A stretch of DNA of 64,000 bases from assembly GCA_977016875.1 (NCBI GenBank), contig CDRNST010000123.1, forward strand, positions 806,001 to 870,000. Reading direction: 5' to 3'. This DNA comes from Pavona decussata (Eukaryota). The translations under genes and the position numbers were made by a program. How positions within the stretch are numbered: the first letter of the stretch is position 1; each line of letters begins with the position of its first letter. The notes beneath the pieces were generated by a model that was not told the origin of the DNA, did no database searches, and saw nothing but the letters and a program-made list of their open reading frames with translations. This document shows positions 13,001 to 24,592 of this stretch, in pieces.

Positions 13001-16000
13001 TCCTTTCCTTTTTTTGTCTCTCCCTTGTTATCTTTCTTCCCTGTTCTTTCATTTTTTCTTCCCTTCCTTTTGTTGTTTTATTCTCTAGTTCATAATTGCT
13101 TGGTTGATTTTTTTAATTGTTTATTTTATTCTTTGTTTGAAAATATTCTAAACTTACAAAAGGTTTGTTTTACCATCATGCACAAACAGTGAAATTTTTT
13201 CACCTTTAGGATGTCGTGTTTAAGAAGCATTACAATGACTCTCCCGAAGTGTTGGTGTCAGCAAACCATTCAACAAGTGGAGGAAACCTTAACCCTTTGT
13301 ACAACTCTATTTCAGCTTGGGCTGAGGTAAGACAACAACAGCATTTGTAAGTTAATCTTAGCTTCATTAGTGTTTTGCAATGCACCGTAAGAGATGTGGG
13401 CATATAGTGTAGAGTGATCGTTAAGAGCTCGTTAGGCGAGATTCTTGGTTTGAGAATTGGTCCTAGCTTGCTTTCTCCTTTTGAACGGGTGAGGGTATTA
13501 TAGAGGCGAGAACTGAGGCCTTGCGATAAACTGGCTTCTTATATAGGGAAGTATAGTTACCCTTTAGGCACTTTATGCCAACAAAACGGGAGCTCATCTA
13601 CAACTTGATGGGCAACTTCAGGAACAGACCTACTCTTAAGTTGTCTTTATGGTTGCATGCTACTAATTTCTAACACATTTTATTTTTTTTTTATCTTTGC
13701 AGTACATAAACAAGACGGGCTTTAGAGCTTGCGTGAAGGAACTATTTGTGCAACAACACGACCCTCTGTCAGTGTCTTACGCAGTTTTCCCAGGTAGGCC
13801 CTGAGCCATAGCTAATTATAAATAGCGCTGCAATTCTTGGTCTAACTACAAATCGATTCGCCAGAGAATGTTATTAGATATATCAGATTTGATCTGCTTC
13901 TGTATAAAAAATTTCCCCAAGTCTAATTTTTCTTCTCATGCAAAAGTTGTCTCTTGAAAACAGGAAATTTTATTTTAGCCGGGACAAATATTATTCTCAT
14001 ACGGAAAAGGTACTGCTTAGGAGGAAAGCCAAATTATGGGTTGTTTCATAACCTTAAAAAAATGTTAGCTTTTGTTTTCTCTCTTTCGTCAAATAACTTT
14101 TTTGTAGCATTGGTCTCTCCTTTAACATTACGGTAACAACAACAGCTTCGTAGTTTAATTTATTACTTTATTTTTCAAAGATGTCTGTGAACCCGGCTGG
14201 AGTTTCTACAATGGCTCCTGTTACTTCACCAGCGAAACATGCGAGACTTGGTCCAATGCAAGTATAGCCTGCAGAGCCATGGGTGCAAATCTTGCTGGTA
14301 TTGAAAGCCAGGAAGAAAACGTATATATCCAGCATAGGCACAACGGTGACAAGGCGTGGATCGGTTACAATGACATTGCCACAGAAGGATTATTCAGCTG
14401 GGTGGATGGATGTCCTGATAAATTTCGCTACTGGGCTCAAAACCAGCCAAACGACTTTAGAGGGGAGGACTGCGTCCACACCCTGGGGGCAGGGCATGGG
14501 TACATGTGGAATGACGTGGATTGCTCTGCCTGTCATCAGTACACATGCAAGAAAGGTAGTCACAAATTAGTTTCTGTCCTACTAGATACATTATCTTCCA
14601 CTATACTGAGAGCAATGTATATTCTCAAAAGAGATTCTAAAAGAAACAGAGAGATACTATTATTGAATCAGGGGAGATGGGTAGGGAAGGGGGAGGGGAG
14701 GGGTAAAAAGGAGGGGGAGAAAGGAGACGGACTTTCTTATAAGCTGATTAGACTGACTCTTTTGTTTTTTCTTTTATGTCATAGTAACAATTAATTTCCT
14801 TTGAAAGCCACTTTCAAACATCTTTCTGCTCAGATTATGACGAATGCAGCAGCAATCCATGTTTGAATGGCGGCACCTGTGTGAACGGAAAAAGGAAATT
14901 TACTTGCGTCTGCCCTCGGACACACAAAGGAAGTACATGTGAAGGTAAGCATACAACTCAGTTTTCTGATTTCTCTCTCACCCTTTTACGCCTGGGTTAT
15001 TTTTCTGAGTTTCTGTGTCAAGACTGCCCCACCATCACCACCGGATCACTAATAACTTCAAGAGTATTGAAAGTATGACTTCAAATCCTGGAGGATACCA
15101 AGTGCTTCCATTTATTTCTTTTGAGGTCCGTAAACTGGGATACTGACTGCATATGACGTGGATATTACGTCGTTTTACCGCACATCCGCAACCTTGGTTC
15201 TCGGTTCAGAAAACCATCCGAAATAACTCAAAGTAATGGAAACCGATAAACAAACGTTAAAATTGGTCAAAAATGTAAATGTTGCGAGGATAAACTTAAA
15301 TTTTTTATTAAAAAGTAAGAAATCCAAAGTTTGAGTCATGGAAATATCAAGTCATTATAAACATATTTTTGCCATCTGAGGAAAAGTTTGGTGCTGGTTT
15401 CCTTAATATTAAGGACCGATTATGAACGTTCAAATCAAGCGCAGGTACTTTGTGCATCGCAGACATTTAATTGTGCCGTCAAAAGGAAATCCAACCATAA
15501 AATTCTTTATGATCTAGCCTTATGGAAGCGGATAAAGTTTGGCCGTGCTATATATTTCTGTTATGGGGATGAAAACCATTAATTCTAATTATAAGTTGAA
15601 GTTTTAGCGTATCTTTTGCCTTTCAGAGTTTGACGAATGCTCCAGCAATCCCTGTATGAATGGAGGTACTTGTACTGATGGAAACAATAACTACAGATGC
15701 GCATGCCCATCATCATTCTATGGAAAACAGTGCCAAGGTAAGAAACCAATTTCGCAGTTGCTGATACATAGTTTAAGTTGGTTCATGATCGTACAGAGTT
15801 ACCAAAACTTTTTATCGTGTAGTTTATGGTGATAGTTTTTGGCAAATAAATATTATGTGTTGAGACTTTTTTTCCCAAAAAAGTCGCGCTTAAACGTTTA
15901 GGAAAGGTAAGTTTTCGTGGCAGGAACTCAGTATCCTCTTCAATGAAGGCTAAATTAAGAATAAAATCAAGGTACGTATTTACGTGGAGCTCGACTAAAC

Positions 16001-19000
16001 GATCTCCGGACCAGTTTAGCCACTTAGATCTATGACCTGCAATGTGTGTCATTTTTACCTGCCTTAGTTTGCCCCATTAAAACTCAAAACAGAGTTTTAG
16101 GTGACCATTTTGTACAAATGCAAGTAACATTTATTGAAGTTGATTTTATCACAATCTCAACAGAAACAAACGAGTGTCAGTCCAACCCTTGTCAAAACGG
16201 TGGAACATGCGTAGATGGTGTGAACAAATTTACCTGTCTGTGTAGAAGTGCTTACGGAGGAACATTTTGCCAAGGTAAGACCAAATACAATTAGTTGTTT
16301 TCCCTGAAGTTTATTCCTTTGTCATTAGTGTATACTCAAAACTCATCCAAATATGAAATTAGTCTTTGACCAATCTTTGCTTAGGTCTAGGTTCCAGACG
16401 CCACTCGGGTATCATCTCAGTCAGTTTGAAATTACCCAATTAAAGTGTACCCGCCCCCAATTCGCTTAAACAGTGCAACTTAAAATTAATAGCTCCTGGA
16501 AAAAATGGATTTGGATGAATCTGAGGTTTTCTGTGGCTCGACGAAATTTCGAAACTACCCCCTAGAACAGCGACATTTTGATTCGCTGGCGAGTTTAAGT
16601 TTTTGTTGAATGAGTCTGGCCTCTATTGTGACGTCTACGCAGGAACGGGGGATCTTTCGCATTGAGTAATTTATCTGAAGGAAGAGCACACGTAAAATGA
16701 GTTAAAATAAGGTTGGAAGGCCTGCATAATTTATACTTACTACGCAATGAAACATAACCAAACTTGGTAAACTTACCAATTTTTATGTCTTCTTTCTGGT
16801 GATGGGGTTTATTTTTGTCCATGTGACGCAATTTGAACAATGTGTTAACTAGGGCCCAGTCCCTTTATGAAATTTGGAGCGGGCAATTATACGTTTGCTG
16901 CGGGTTACCAAAGTGATTTGTAGGTTTTTGCTGCACTGAACCATCGCTTGTTTTGCATTTTGATCTGAAATGTCATTTCTGTCTTTCGTAGTCTGTGGCA
17001 CTCTCCTGTTTATCTGTCTCTTATTGATTCTCTTAAGCGACTGTGGTTCTTGTGCTATTTAAGTTGTTTCAAGTAGGTTTAGCTGGGGTCGTTTCAGTCC
17101 ATGATAATACGACTTCACTTCCGTTGAGATTCATCTAACGATACAATCCGAAACATTCTTTGGGCCGTATAATAAGCTTTATTGTTATATGATGTAATTG
17201 CCAGTTGTGCTGTAGGCAGGTTTGCTACTCCTTTGACCTTGGTCAAGACTTTCTTGAAGGTTAATGTTAAGAAGCTAAAAGGAAACCATTTTGTCATTCT
17301 CATTGTTTACCCTTTCCAGACACTCTACTAACATGTTACTACTCTCCATTAGTGTGTTTTTGCATACCACCGTTGCTTATCGTTTTGTGGGAAACGTCTG
17401 GTCTTGGTTGACATAAAGTCACAAACATGCTTAGAGTACAGTGGGCTGCAAGCCCTGTAGTTTTAGTGCATGTTCTCGAGAAGAGCAAGCTGACAGAGTC
17501 ATAAAGCAGATTGACTAAAGATTACCGTTACCTCTACGTTTTTTGAATTAGAACCTTGCGTGCGCAGCGTTTAGTAGAAGGAAGGCTGAAGTCTATTTAA
17601 GTCTAGCTCACGGCGCTTTTTTTGTCATGGTTTAGCTCCGCATTATAACTGTGAGGTTTGTGTTGCAGGGGCTTAACTCAATATTCTCTTTCTTCTTGTT
17701 TAGGCCAGTATATTGACTGTGTTTTGAGTTTGCAAAACGATACTTTCGATTCCTTCTTGCATCACATCAGTTGCCTTGAAAGGCTTTATTTCAGACTCGC
17801 TGTCGTAAAAAAATTCAAAGATATTCCGGCAGAAATTTACGAAGGAAGGAATTTACGAAATCATCCTAAGTTGAAATTCTAACAAGCTCGATTTTGTTTG
17901 ATCCTATAAACTGTCAAAATAATAGAATTAGCAGACTTGAGAAAGGAATGCTAAAGGCAGTCTGAGTGGGGAAAAAAAAAAAAAAAGAAAAATTATTTAG
18001 ACTAAAGTTCGGCCACTGTAAGAATGGAAACGAAACTCGCTGAACTGGTCGGCATTGAACATTCAATGGAGGAAACTGAGGTTGGAACCAAAACATTGTC
18101 TCGTAGACCTACCTAATAAAGGCAATTTTTGAACTCAGTCTAAATCGCATTTTATCAACTTCCCCTTAAGAAAAAAGGCGAAAAGAATGCGAAATCAAGG
18201 TCACTACGCATATTGGTTGGGAATTTGTGTTTGAAGCTCAAGTGCTTTGTTCGACGTCTACAAAACTCTGACAGTTCCAAAGTAACTTCCTACTCAGAAA
18301 CAATATGTGCAGTTTTATCGGCATTTTCTTTCCTTGTTTCGATCGAGAAGGAAGTCGAGGAACGCGAGCGGCGACGTCTCTCCCTCCCAATCCCTCCTCG
18401 TTTTTACCGTAAATTTGAATAAGTTATTTGAATTTTAACTCTTACGTATGATCTGAGGAAAAAGGATGACTGCTTGTAGTCTGCATTGATTATTACCGGC
18501 TAGACATGACGTACACAAATCTCGTTTGAAAATTGCTGTAATATTAACATTTGTTCACCAACAAAAAAACAAAAAAAAAGAAAAAAAACTCAACGAAACT
18601 TATGTCCTTAAAAAAAGGAGCCAATCAAGTCAGAACTCTCCGAAATAGAAAATGGCACGCTTTTGAGTCTATGTTCGCAGGAAGGCCATACTTTTTGTTC
18701 GAGGCAGGGGATGCCTTAGGTTATCATTCAGTTCTCATTAATCGGCAATAACCAATAGCATCAACAGTACCGTAACGTAGCCTAACTATTTTAGGATAAA
18801 AAAATTGTTTAAAATAAATAAATAAGTATTATCATCAGAGCCTAGGGTATTTAAAACTTTTACCATTTACATTTTTTATTTCATAGCTCCCGCAGCGGCA
18901 TCATGCAAGAGCCACTATTCAGCTGGGCGACGCTCAACTGGATTGTATTACATAAACATCGGAGGATCTTCTTTCCAAGTGAGTACGGTATTTGCATTGA

Positions 19001-22000
19001 TCTTGTAACGGTACGCATCTTCACGAAACGATCATCACTTGTTGCAGACAGTAGATTGGTCAAAGGAATTAATCTACATTTTTAATGGTTATTATAATTC
19101 TCGATAACCGCCGTCCAGAACGATCATCTTTAGGGACGGCGTCTCATTTTGTTACTACTGTTTCTTTATTACCTCTGCAAAACGTGTGGTTACCGCAAAT
19201 TTTCTGTTTGGATTCCAATACGGCCGCCCCTTGCTAAGATCTGCTTTTCCCGTGCAGTCTTGAATCCTGCAAAAATATCATTGTATAAGGAGGCACCATC
19301 CTTTACATCTGCAAACAGGTTTCAAGCTTCGTTTCTGAGGATACCATGGAGCGAAAACGCTTTTCTGCAACGATTCTTTTTCTGGACCTTGAAAAATAAC
19401 AACAACTCTGCATACTACACACGGGGTGCTTTTAATTGTCAGCTACAAGACGCTTACGCTTGTTAAATGAATGGGCCCATTTTTTTTTTTGTCTTTTTTA
19501 TTTCACTTCCAATGAAGAGTTACAGAGAAACAGTTACAAACATAAATACAAGCTAAGAAAATACAATACAATACAATACAATACAATACAATACAATACA
19601 ATACAATACAATACAATACAATACTTAGCTTTAAAAAAATGACAGAAAAAAAAAAGATGTTTGATTACAATTTACAATACCCAAGTTGCAGCTTACGTTT
19701 AATAGGCAAAAAGGTAGCTTTTTGCTCTATGGCATTTAAAGATTGATTTGTAATTTTGAATTGGGTTTTTCCATGTCAAGTTTGCTCCTCAGAACACCAA
19801 GGAAGGTATCAAAGAAATAAGGGTCTTCTTCTCTCGAGGCAATGTAAATGTAATCTTTTGCAATTATTAAACTGAGGTTCAGGCCAAGTTGCAGCGCGAT
19901 ATTGTTAGTGCGGAAGCCATAGATAATATTTTCTTCGTTGAGCTCGTTTTTTTATGTATTCCACCAATTTGCAAATTCCGTCCAAAAGCTTTTGACAAAT
20001 GAACAAGATATAAATAAGTGTGTTAGTGTTTGTTTGTGTTCGCAAAGATGGCATTTATCCTTCTCTTTAGTTTTATCTCTAAATAAGGTTGCGTTAGTTG
20101 GCAAAATATGGTGCTGAAAGATGGCGAGTTTAATATCTTTAGTGACATTAAACGGTATATTGTAGTTCGTTTGAATTGCGTTGTCAAAGTAAAAAGCTTA
20201 CTACATGCCCATGAGTGCGAAATTGTGATGCTCTCTGAGGAGGCTTTCCCATTCGAGTAAGTTAGTCTGATCCAGTTAACTATTTTTGAATGGAACTGTT
20301 AAAATTTATTTCGTATTGTTAGCCCTATTTGAAAAATGACCAGTTTCGTACAATTCGTCCACATCTTACGCGTTGTAATGGTAAAAAAAATATACATGTA
20401 TGTTCTAGTTCATAGGTAAATTGTTTTGTTGCGCTGAACTGCTACATTGTAATTTTTAAAGTTGTGAAATTTGATAGTTTAAATATAACGGCTGTTGTGT
20501 TTTGTCCAAATTTGACTCCATTCCATTCTAAATTTATGGTGAGGCGATCGGGGATCATTTGCGGTCCAATTTGGGGATCATATCCGGTCCGGAGATCATT
20601 TGCGGCCCGGGATCACTTGCGGGCCTGTACAGAGGTCGATAAAACCGGGCGGCAGATATCAAATCAGATGACTGTTACCGTCCTGATAACCACTATTTGT
20701 ACCTCTAGACGTGTTTCATCCAAATAGAGCGCGCGGAAATTCGGCATCACCTGTCTCACTCCCCCATTTCTCGCTCGCTTCAAACCTTTCGTTCGCACCA
20801 TCGCAAAAAATTGCAACTGTATTCCTGTCGACTTATGAACTGTGGTTTGCCAATTGCTTTGACATAAGTGGTCTTTTGTTTCAGCAACCATGTCTAATAC
20901 TTAGCATACCATTTTATTTCTGAAATTGATATCCCTTTTTTAACTCGTGAATGCACGCATGTGCAATGAACGAGTTATAGCGATTGTGGGGTTTTCACTT
21001 GGTTGGTGGGCAATCTCGTTCCCAGAGGCTGCTTTCTTTTTGGTCAGCACGAAGGAAACAAGACCTCTGAGCTAATCAATGTCAAAATCCAGCAAATAGA
21101 AATCTGATTGGCTAATATATTTTACCGGAAGTGCCTTTGAATTGGAGGTTTCAAAACAGGAAATAAAATAGACTATCAAAGACATCTGAAAGTGGGCAAG
21201 GCAAAAGCCGCCATAGAATCGAAATGCAACCAAATTTCCATTGACTTTTTTTTGCCAGTAAGACAACACAACAAAGATAACAAGTGTAAATCACGACTAA
21301 ACGGAAAAGGCGCAAAAACCTTTGCGATATGTTGCAGCGTTTGACAAAGCTGAATGACAATATGACACTTGCGTCGAAGCTCACGTCGAGGTTACGATAG
21401 ACTTGACATTTTTCGGAAAAAACTCCTCTAATTATCGACTCTGAAATGTGGTTCATAATCAATGCCAGCCGTTTAGAATCGTTCTTGACATTGTCTAAAG
21501 CGGATAAGAGTTTGACAGCCTTTCTCGTGCTGTTGAAGGAACTGAAAGAGCAGAAAGAAGCAAACTTGTAATCCATTCGCACCGCGGAGTTATTTGCGAG
21601 TTTATCTGACTGGAGCAGAATTTACTCAAGATTACTTCTTTGAACTGGAACAGATATTCTGTCTGCAGCTTGGCAGAAACATAATTGAAGGTTGAACAAG
21701 AAACACAAACAGCCTAAGTATGTGACTGCTGGGTTAAGATTATCCAAGAATGCGTTGCCCAAAAAGTGGTTCAGAAAGCGGTCGGACAGAAAGACAACGC
21801 CTGGAATAGCGATCGTTGTCACTCTTTACACCAAGTTCATTTGTGAGCTTTCTAAGTTTGCAGCTTATAGGACTGATAAACCACATCGAGTGCAGGTAAA
21901 ATATTTTTTTCAGGGTGAATTTCTTAAGCTTACACAGAGTGTGTGAATTGAAAAAAAAAATAGCCGATCTTTCTGATTAGCTTAGATTTTCAAGTTGCTG

Positions 22001-23804
22001 ATTATTTGGATTGAACTTTTACAGAGTTGTGTCTTCTTATTAAATGGTATGGGCGGCCATCACCGCCAAAAATACAAGCAGTGCAAACGATATAGAGTAA
22101 ACAGAAATGGTTTAATTGTCCTTTTTAAATTGGTTTAGACAATTTAGAGACGATGCAGTTAGAATGCATTTGGACAGGTTGTCTTTGATGGAATGATATA
22201 GCCAAACAATAAATGGTTTAGACAATTGCAAAACTGTCCAGCTATCAATGCCATAACGGTACACGAAAGACAGAAATGATCTAGTATGAATGTGAATAAT
22301 TCAGCTTCCGTTAGTAAAACAGCACAGGCAAAATAGAATTGGACAAAGTAAATGAAAAGTGGTGAAGTAGTCAATGTTAAATTGGCAAAGTCAATTCTCA
22401 AACGGTTTAGCGTAATTTGAAATGATTTAGTACAATGCCAAACAGTATAGCTTTCTGTGAAATGGTTTGTGACTTACCATCACAGTAAGCTTTGCTTTTT
22501 TTTTGATTCGTTTTATTATTTCAATATGCAAATTTCGTTTTCAAAAATTTCCGGATACGGCCGGAAAATACGCTGGATACGTGTGGACGCAAGCCGTATT
22601 CGTAAAAAAAAATTTGCGTTTTCACAAATTTCCGGATACGTGTGGACGACGCCTTAATGTAAAGAAGCACATGTCTTCTCAACTAGCGGATGAAATTCGC
22701 CCAGACAGAAGCCGCAGTAAATTTCATTCGGGGTCCAGTGTGAGCGATTCATTCATTTTCATAAGATCGATTCAACAGGAAAATGTAAACTTGCTAATGT
22801 ATAGCGACAATATTCAGCCAAAATAGCAACCTAATCAAAAAATGAAAGCTTCTTCTGATATGAAACGTGACAAAAGCCGTCGTTTGAACGTGGAAAGAAA
22901 TATTACCATGCCGAGAACAGGAAGATTTAGGTCACGTGCTGGGCAACCAAAGTCGTTGACATCAGTATCAAGTTTAATTCAGCAACAACACGACGCGAGG
23001 AAAAAAAATTACAGAACACTTTTTTGTCGATTGGCAACCATGCTATAATCGCCTATAATTATGTTCCTTTATTGGTCACTATGCATTTTTCCAGCTTTTA
23101 CGTGATCCCGTTATCTAAATGTAATTCGAAAAATTAGTTCCACGCAAAATACTAAAAGATTTATCTTTTTGTGTTTTAAGGTGTACTGCTATGGTGGCTG
23201 GACTTTAATCTCACGCTTCTCTAATGCTGACAGTGCGAACTGGATGCAGTACAACGCCAGCTGGTGGTACGACCGAACGACATCTTACGGCAGGGTAACC
23301 AGTCCTTCAAGCAACTATGACATGATATCACCCGCATTCTGGCTCGTCCGAGGCTATTACATCAGAATAACGCGCAATGACGACAGCTCCCATACATATC
23401 TTCTACAGACTGCTTATAGCTGCATTGGTGGGGTGACCTTCAGAAGCTTTATTACCAGCTTCGGAAACTTCAGGAATGGTAACGTCTGGAACAGCAACGG
23501 TTGTCGCAGAACCTGTTATTCGTACTTTGGGGGACGTTATTCATATACGGTGGGTTTCAGCCAAGCGTACTGCAGCAGCAATCTTCAAAGCCGTTCTTAC
23601 CTGTCATTCTGGTGTGACTGGAGTACTGGTGACGGATCTGTGATGATGATTGGCGGAGGAGGTGATTATTGCAAGAGGGCAGATCATGGGATTGGTATCA
23701 CAGAGGCTGATCAGGCTAAGTTCGGTACAAGTAACTGTGATGGAGACTTTGGTGATAATTGCAACACTCCTTCTAGCTACTCTCTTAATTTGTGGATTAA
23801 ATAG
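5154..23804 (+). CDS. Gene A (complete, 18 exons): secreted mosaic lectin-like protein, ~1145 aa; SP - 3x H-lectin-like - FS/Kazal - 3x H-lectin-like - CTLD - 3x cbEGF - fibrinogen/intelectin-like domain
   Basis: join(5154-5226,5881-6239,8383-8547,9323-9430,9779-9904,10206-10302,10974-11192,11388-11767,12074-12241,12608-12718,13210-13326,13703-13793,14181-14555,14834-14944,15627-15737,16164-16274,18887-18978,23181-23804). All introns GT-AG, phases compatible, total 3438 nt, no internal stop seen. Exons 1-17 are matched by paralog B. Confidence 0.9.
5881..6239 (+). CDS. Gene A exon 2, H-lectin-like module 1 and start of 2
   Basis: ccctcag|GGCAAAAT...GCACAG|gtatg; QNLFQQGKV...NFRVCV...VNWVAF...CERVDFAQ. 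Confidence 0.92.
6959..7275. repeat. Local tandem duplication (~175-bp spacing) with a (TTA)n expansion (7017-7070) in copy 1
   Basis: ATGTGGAGAACAATCG...CACACACCAGTTT.ACCAAATAGAT...TTTCATCGAGTGATTTGTCCTCATTC...ACCCGAGT occurs twice. Confidence 0.85.
8383..8547 (+). CDS. Gene A exon 3, H-lectin-like module 2
   Basis: cacag|[12 protein letters not shown]...[20 protein letters not shown]|gtaag, 165 nt. Confidence 0.92.
9323..9430 (+). CDS. Gene A exon 4
   Basis: ttcag|DWLAFSQG...DNFAFCK|gtaat, 108 nt. Confidence 0.9.
9779..9904 (+). CDS. Gene A exon 5, H-lectin-like module 3
   Basis: gatag|[20 protein letters not shown]...NTWIE|gtaag, 126 nt. Confidence 0.9.
10206..10302 (+). CDS. Gene A exon 6
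   Basis: cacag|[13 protein letters not shown]...DYAVIG|gtaaa, 97 nt. Confidence 0.9.
10974..11192 (+). CDS. Gene A exon 7, follistatin-N + Kazal domain
   Basis: [14 protein letters not shown]...[26 protein letters not shown]...C...HPGDC; 10-Cys follistatin pattern, phase 1-1. Confidence 0.93.
11388..11767 (+). CDS. Gene A exon 8, H-lectin-like module 4 and start of 5
   Basis: tgcag|FPSQKGR...[15 protein letters not shown]...VDWLAY...SLPS|gtaag, 380 nt. Confidence 0.92.
12074..12241 (+). CDS. Gene A exon 9, H-lectin-like module 5
   Basis: tacag|[13 protein letters not shown]...[20 protein letters not shown]|gtaag, 168 nt. Confidence 0.92.
12608..12718 (+). CDS. Gene A exon 10
   Basis: tgcag|DWIAFEELH...NNAFCE|gtagg, 111 nt. 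Confidence 0.9.
13210..13326 (+). CDS. Gene A exon 11, H-lectin-like module 6
   Basis: tttag|[20 protein letters not shown]...SAWAE|gtaag, 117 nt. Confidence 0.9.
13703..13793 (+). CDS. Gene A exon 12
   Basis: tgcag|[15 protein letters not shown]...SYAVFP|gtagg, 91 nt. Confidence 0.9.
14181..14555 (+). CDS. Gene A exon 13, C-type lectin domain
   Basis: [13 protein letters not shown]...AWIG...WVDG...WAQNQPND...EDCV...WNDVDC...YTCKK. Confidence 0.95.
14834..14944 (+). CDS. Gene A exon 14, Ca-binding EGF 1
   Basis: [37 protein letters not shown], 111 nt, phase 1-1. Confidence 0.93.
15627..15737 (+). CDS. Gene A exon 15, Ca-binding EGF 2
   Basis: [37 protein letters not shown], 111 nt. Confidence 0.93.
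16164..16274 (+). CDS. Gene A exon 16, Ca-binding EGF 3
   Basis: [37 protein letters not shown], 111 nt. Confidence 0.93.
18887..18978 (+). CDS. Gene A exon 17, start of fibrinogen-related-like domain
   Basis: catag|(A)[30 protein letters not shown]|gtgagt; homolog at 53424-53521. Confidence 0.85.
19560..20175 (-). mobile_element. 3' fragment of L1/Tx1-like LINE (zf-RVT region) with (AATAC)n tract at 19560-19624
   Basis: Minus strand reads [28 protein letters not shown]...[25 protein letters not shown]. Confidence 0.7.
20190..20629. mobile_element. One arm of the TIR family seen at 28738-30597
   Basis: GGGATCATTTGCGG repeats ending GGGCCTGTA; internal homology to 30214-30597 and to the reverse complement of 28738-29205. 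Confidence 0.75.
23181..23804 (+). CDS. Gene A exon 18 (terminal), fibrinogen/intelectin-like domain
   Basis: ttaag|[14 protein letters not shown]...YSLNLWIK*; phase-0 join with exon 17 gives the FQVYC..GGWT motif; AATAAA near 23972 and 24007. Confidence 0.88.
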   Translation: MYCYGGWTLISRFSNADSANWMQYNASWWYDRTTSYGRVTSPSSNYDMISPAFWLVRGYYIRITRNDDSSHTYLLQTAYSCIGGVTFRSFITSFGNFRNGNVWNSNGCRRTCYSYFGGRYSYTVGFSQAYCSSNLQSRSYLSFWCDWSTGDGSVMMIGGGGDYCKRADHGIGITEADQAKFGTSNCDGDFGDNCNTPSSYSLNLWIK

Positions 23805-24440
23805 CTTTGACTTTAGTGAGACCGTGCTTTATTGGCTAGATTGTGCCATTTTTTTTATGAGTAAATGTACCGGCTAGAGCACATAACAAGGAATATTGTA
23901 GAATTGACACTTATAATTTAAAGTGCATCTAATAAGGCCAAGATGATGCAGTAATCAGTTGAATCTTTATTAATAAAGTTATAATTACCATGAATAGAAA
24001 AACTAGAATAAAAAATATTGAACATTCCACAAAATAGATAAAGCCAAATCGGAGTATAAAACATAACGTGTTTAGGATAAAAGCAAAATGTGTTCCTTCT
24101 TGTCAATTTTCATAGTTGTCCTTTACTGAACCACATTCTAGCGGACTCACGAATAGCAATTTTTAAGGTTTTTTTTACAAGAAAAATTTACAATAAATTA
24201 AACATAAACTTGGCCAAAGTTTTATTTTTTGCCATGTAATGTAGCTCATGGACACAAGGTAAGCGGTGTCAGGTTATGGGTAGGAAAGGAATATTCATCA
24301 TCGAAGCGTTGGGTATTCTTTATGACTCTTGTGTTACTGATCCTACACACTGCTCTATAGCCACCGATTTCATTCGGCTATGGGACCACTTTTAAAGCGT
24401 CTAAACCCGAAAACCCTTTTGGGTCAAATAAAATCTATGT

Positions 24441-24559
24441 TGTAAAGTATATGAAATAATTCATATATGAACTGCGGATAAAGATGAAAGTGAGAAGTGA
24501 TCATCGCAGTGAATTTTCCAATTTATGCAATTGGAAATTGGAAGCCTGAAAAAAATTCA

Positions 24560-24592
<33 letters not shown>

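Noticed and set aside
20548-20629. CRISPR-like look of the GGGATCATTTGCGG repeats (also 28738-28800, 30520-30597) and the GTCCGCTTAAT and GGAGCCC arrays
   Set aside because: No unique spacers of constant length and no cas genes; they are subterminal transposon repeats.
21010-21950. ORFs 21151-21582(-) and 21692-21946(+) in A intron 17
   Set aside because: No recognisable motifs; possibly a decayed transposon remnant, but not assignable by eye.
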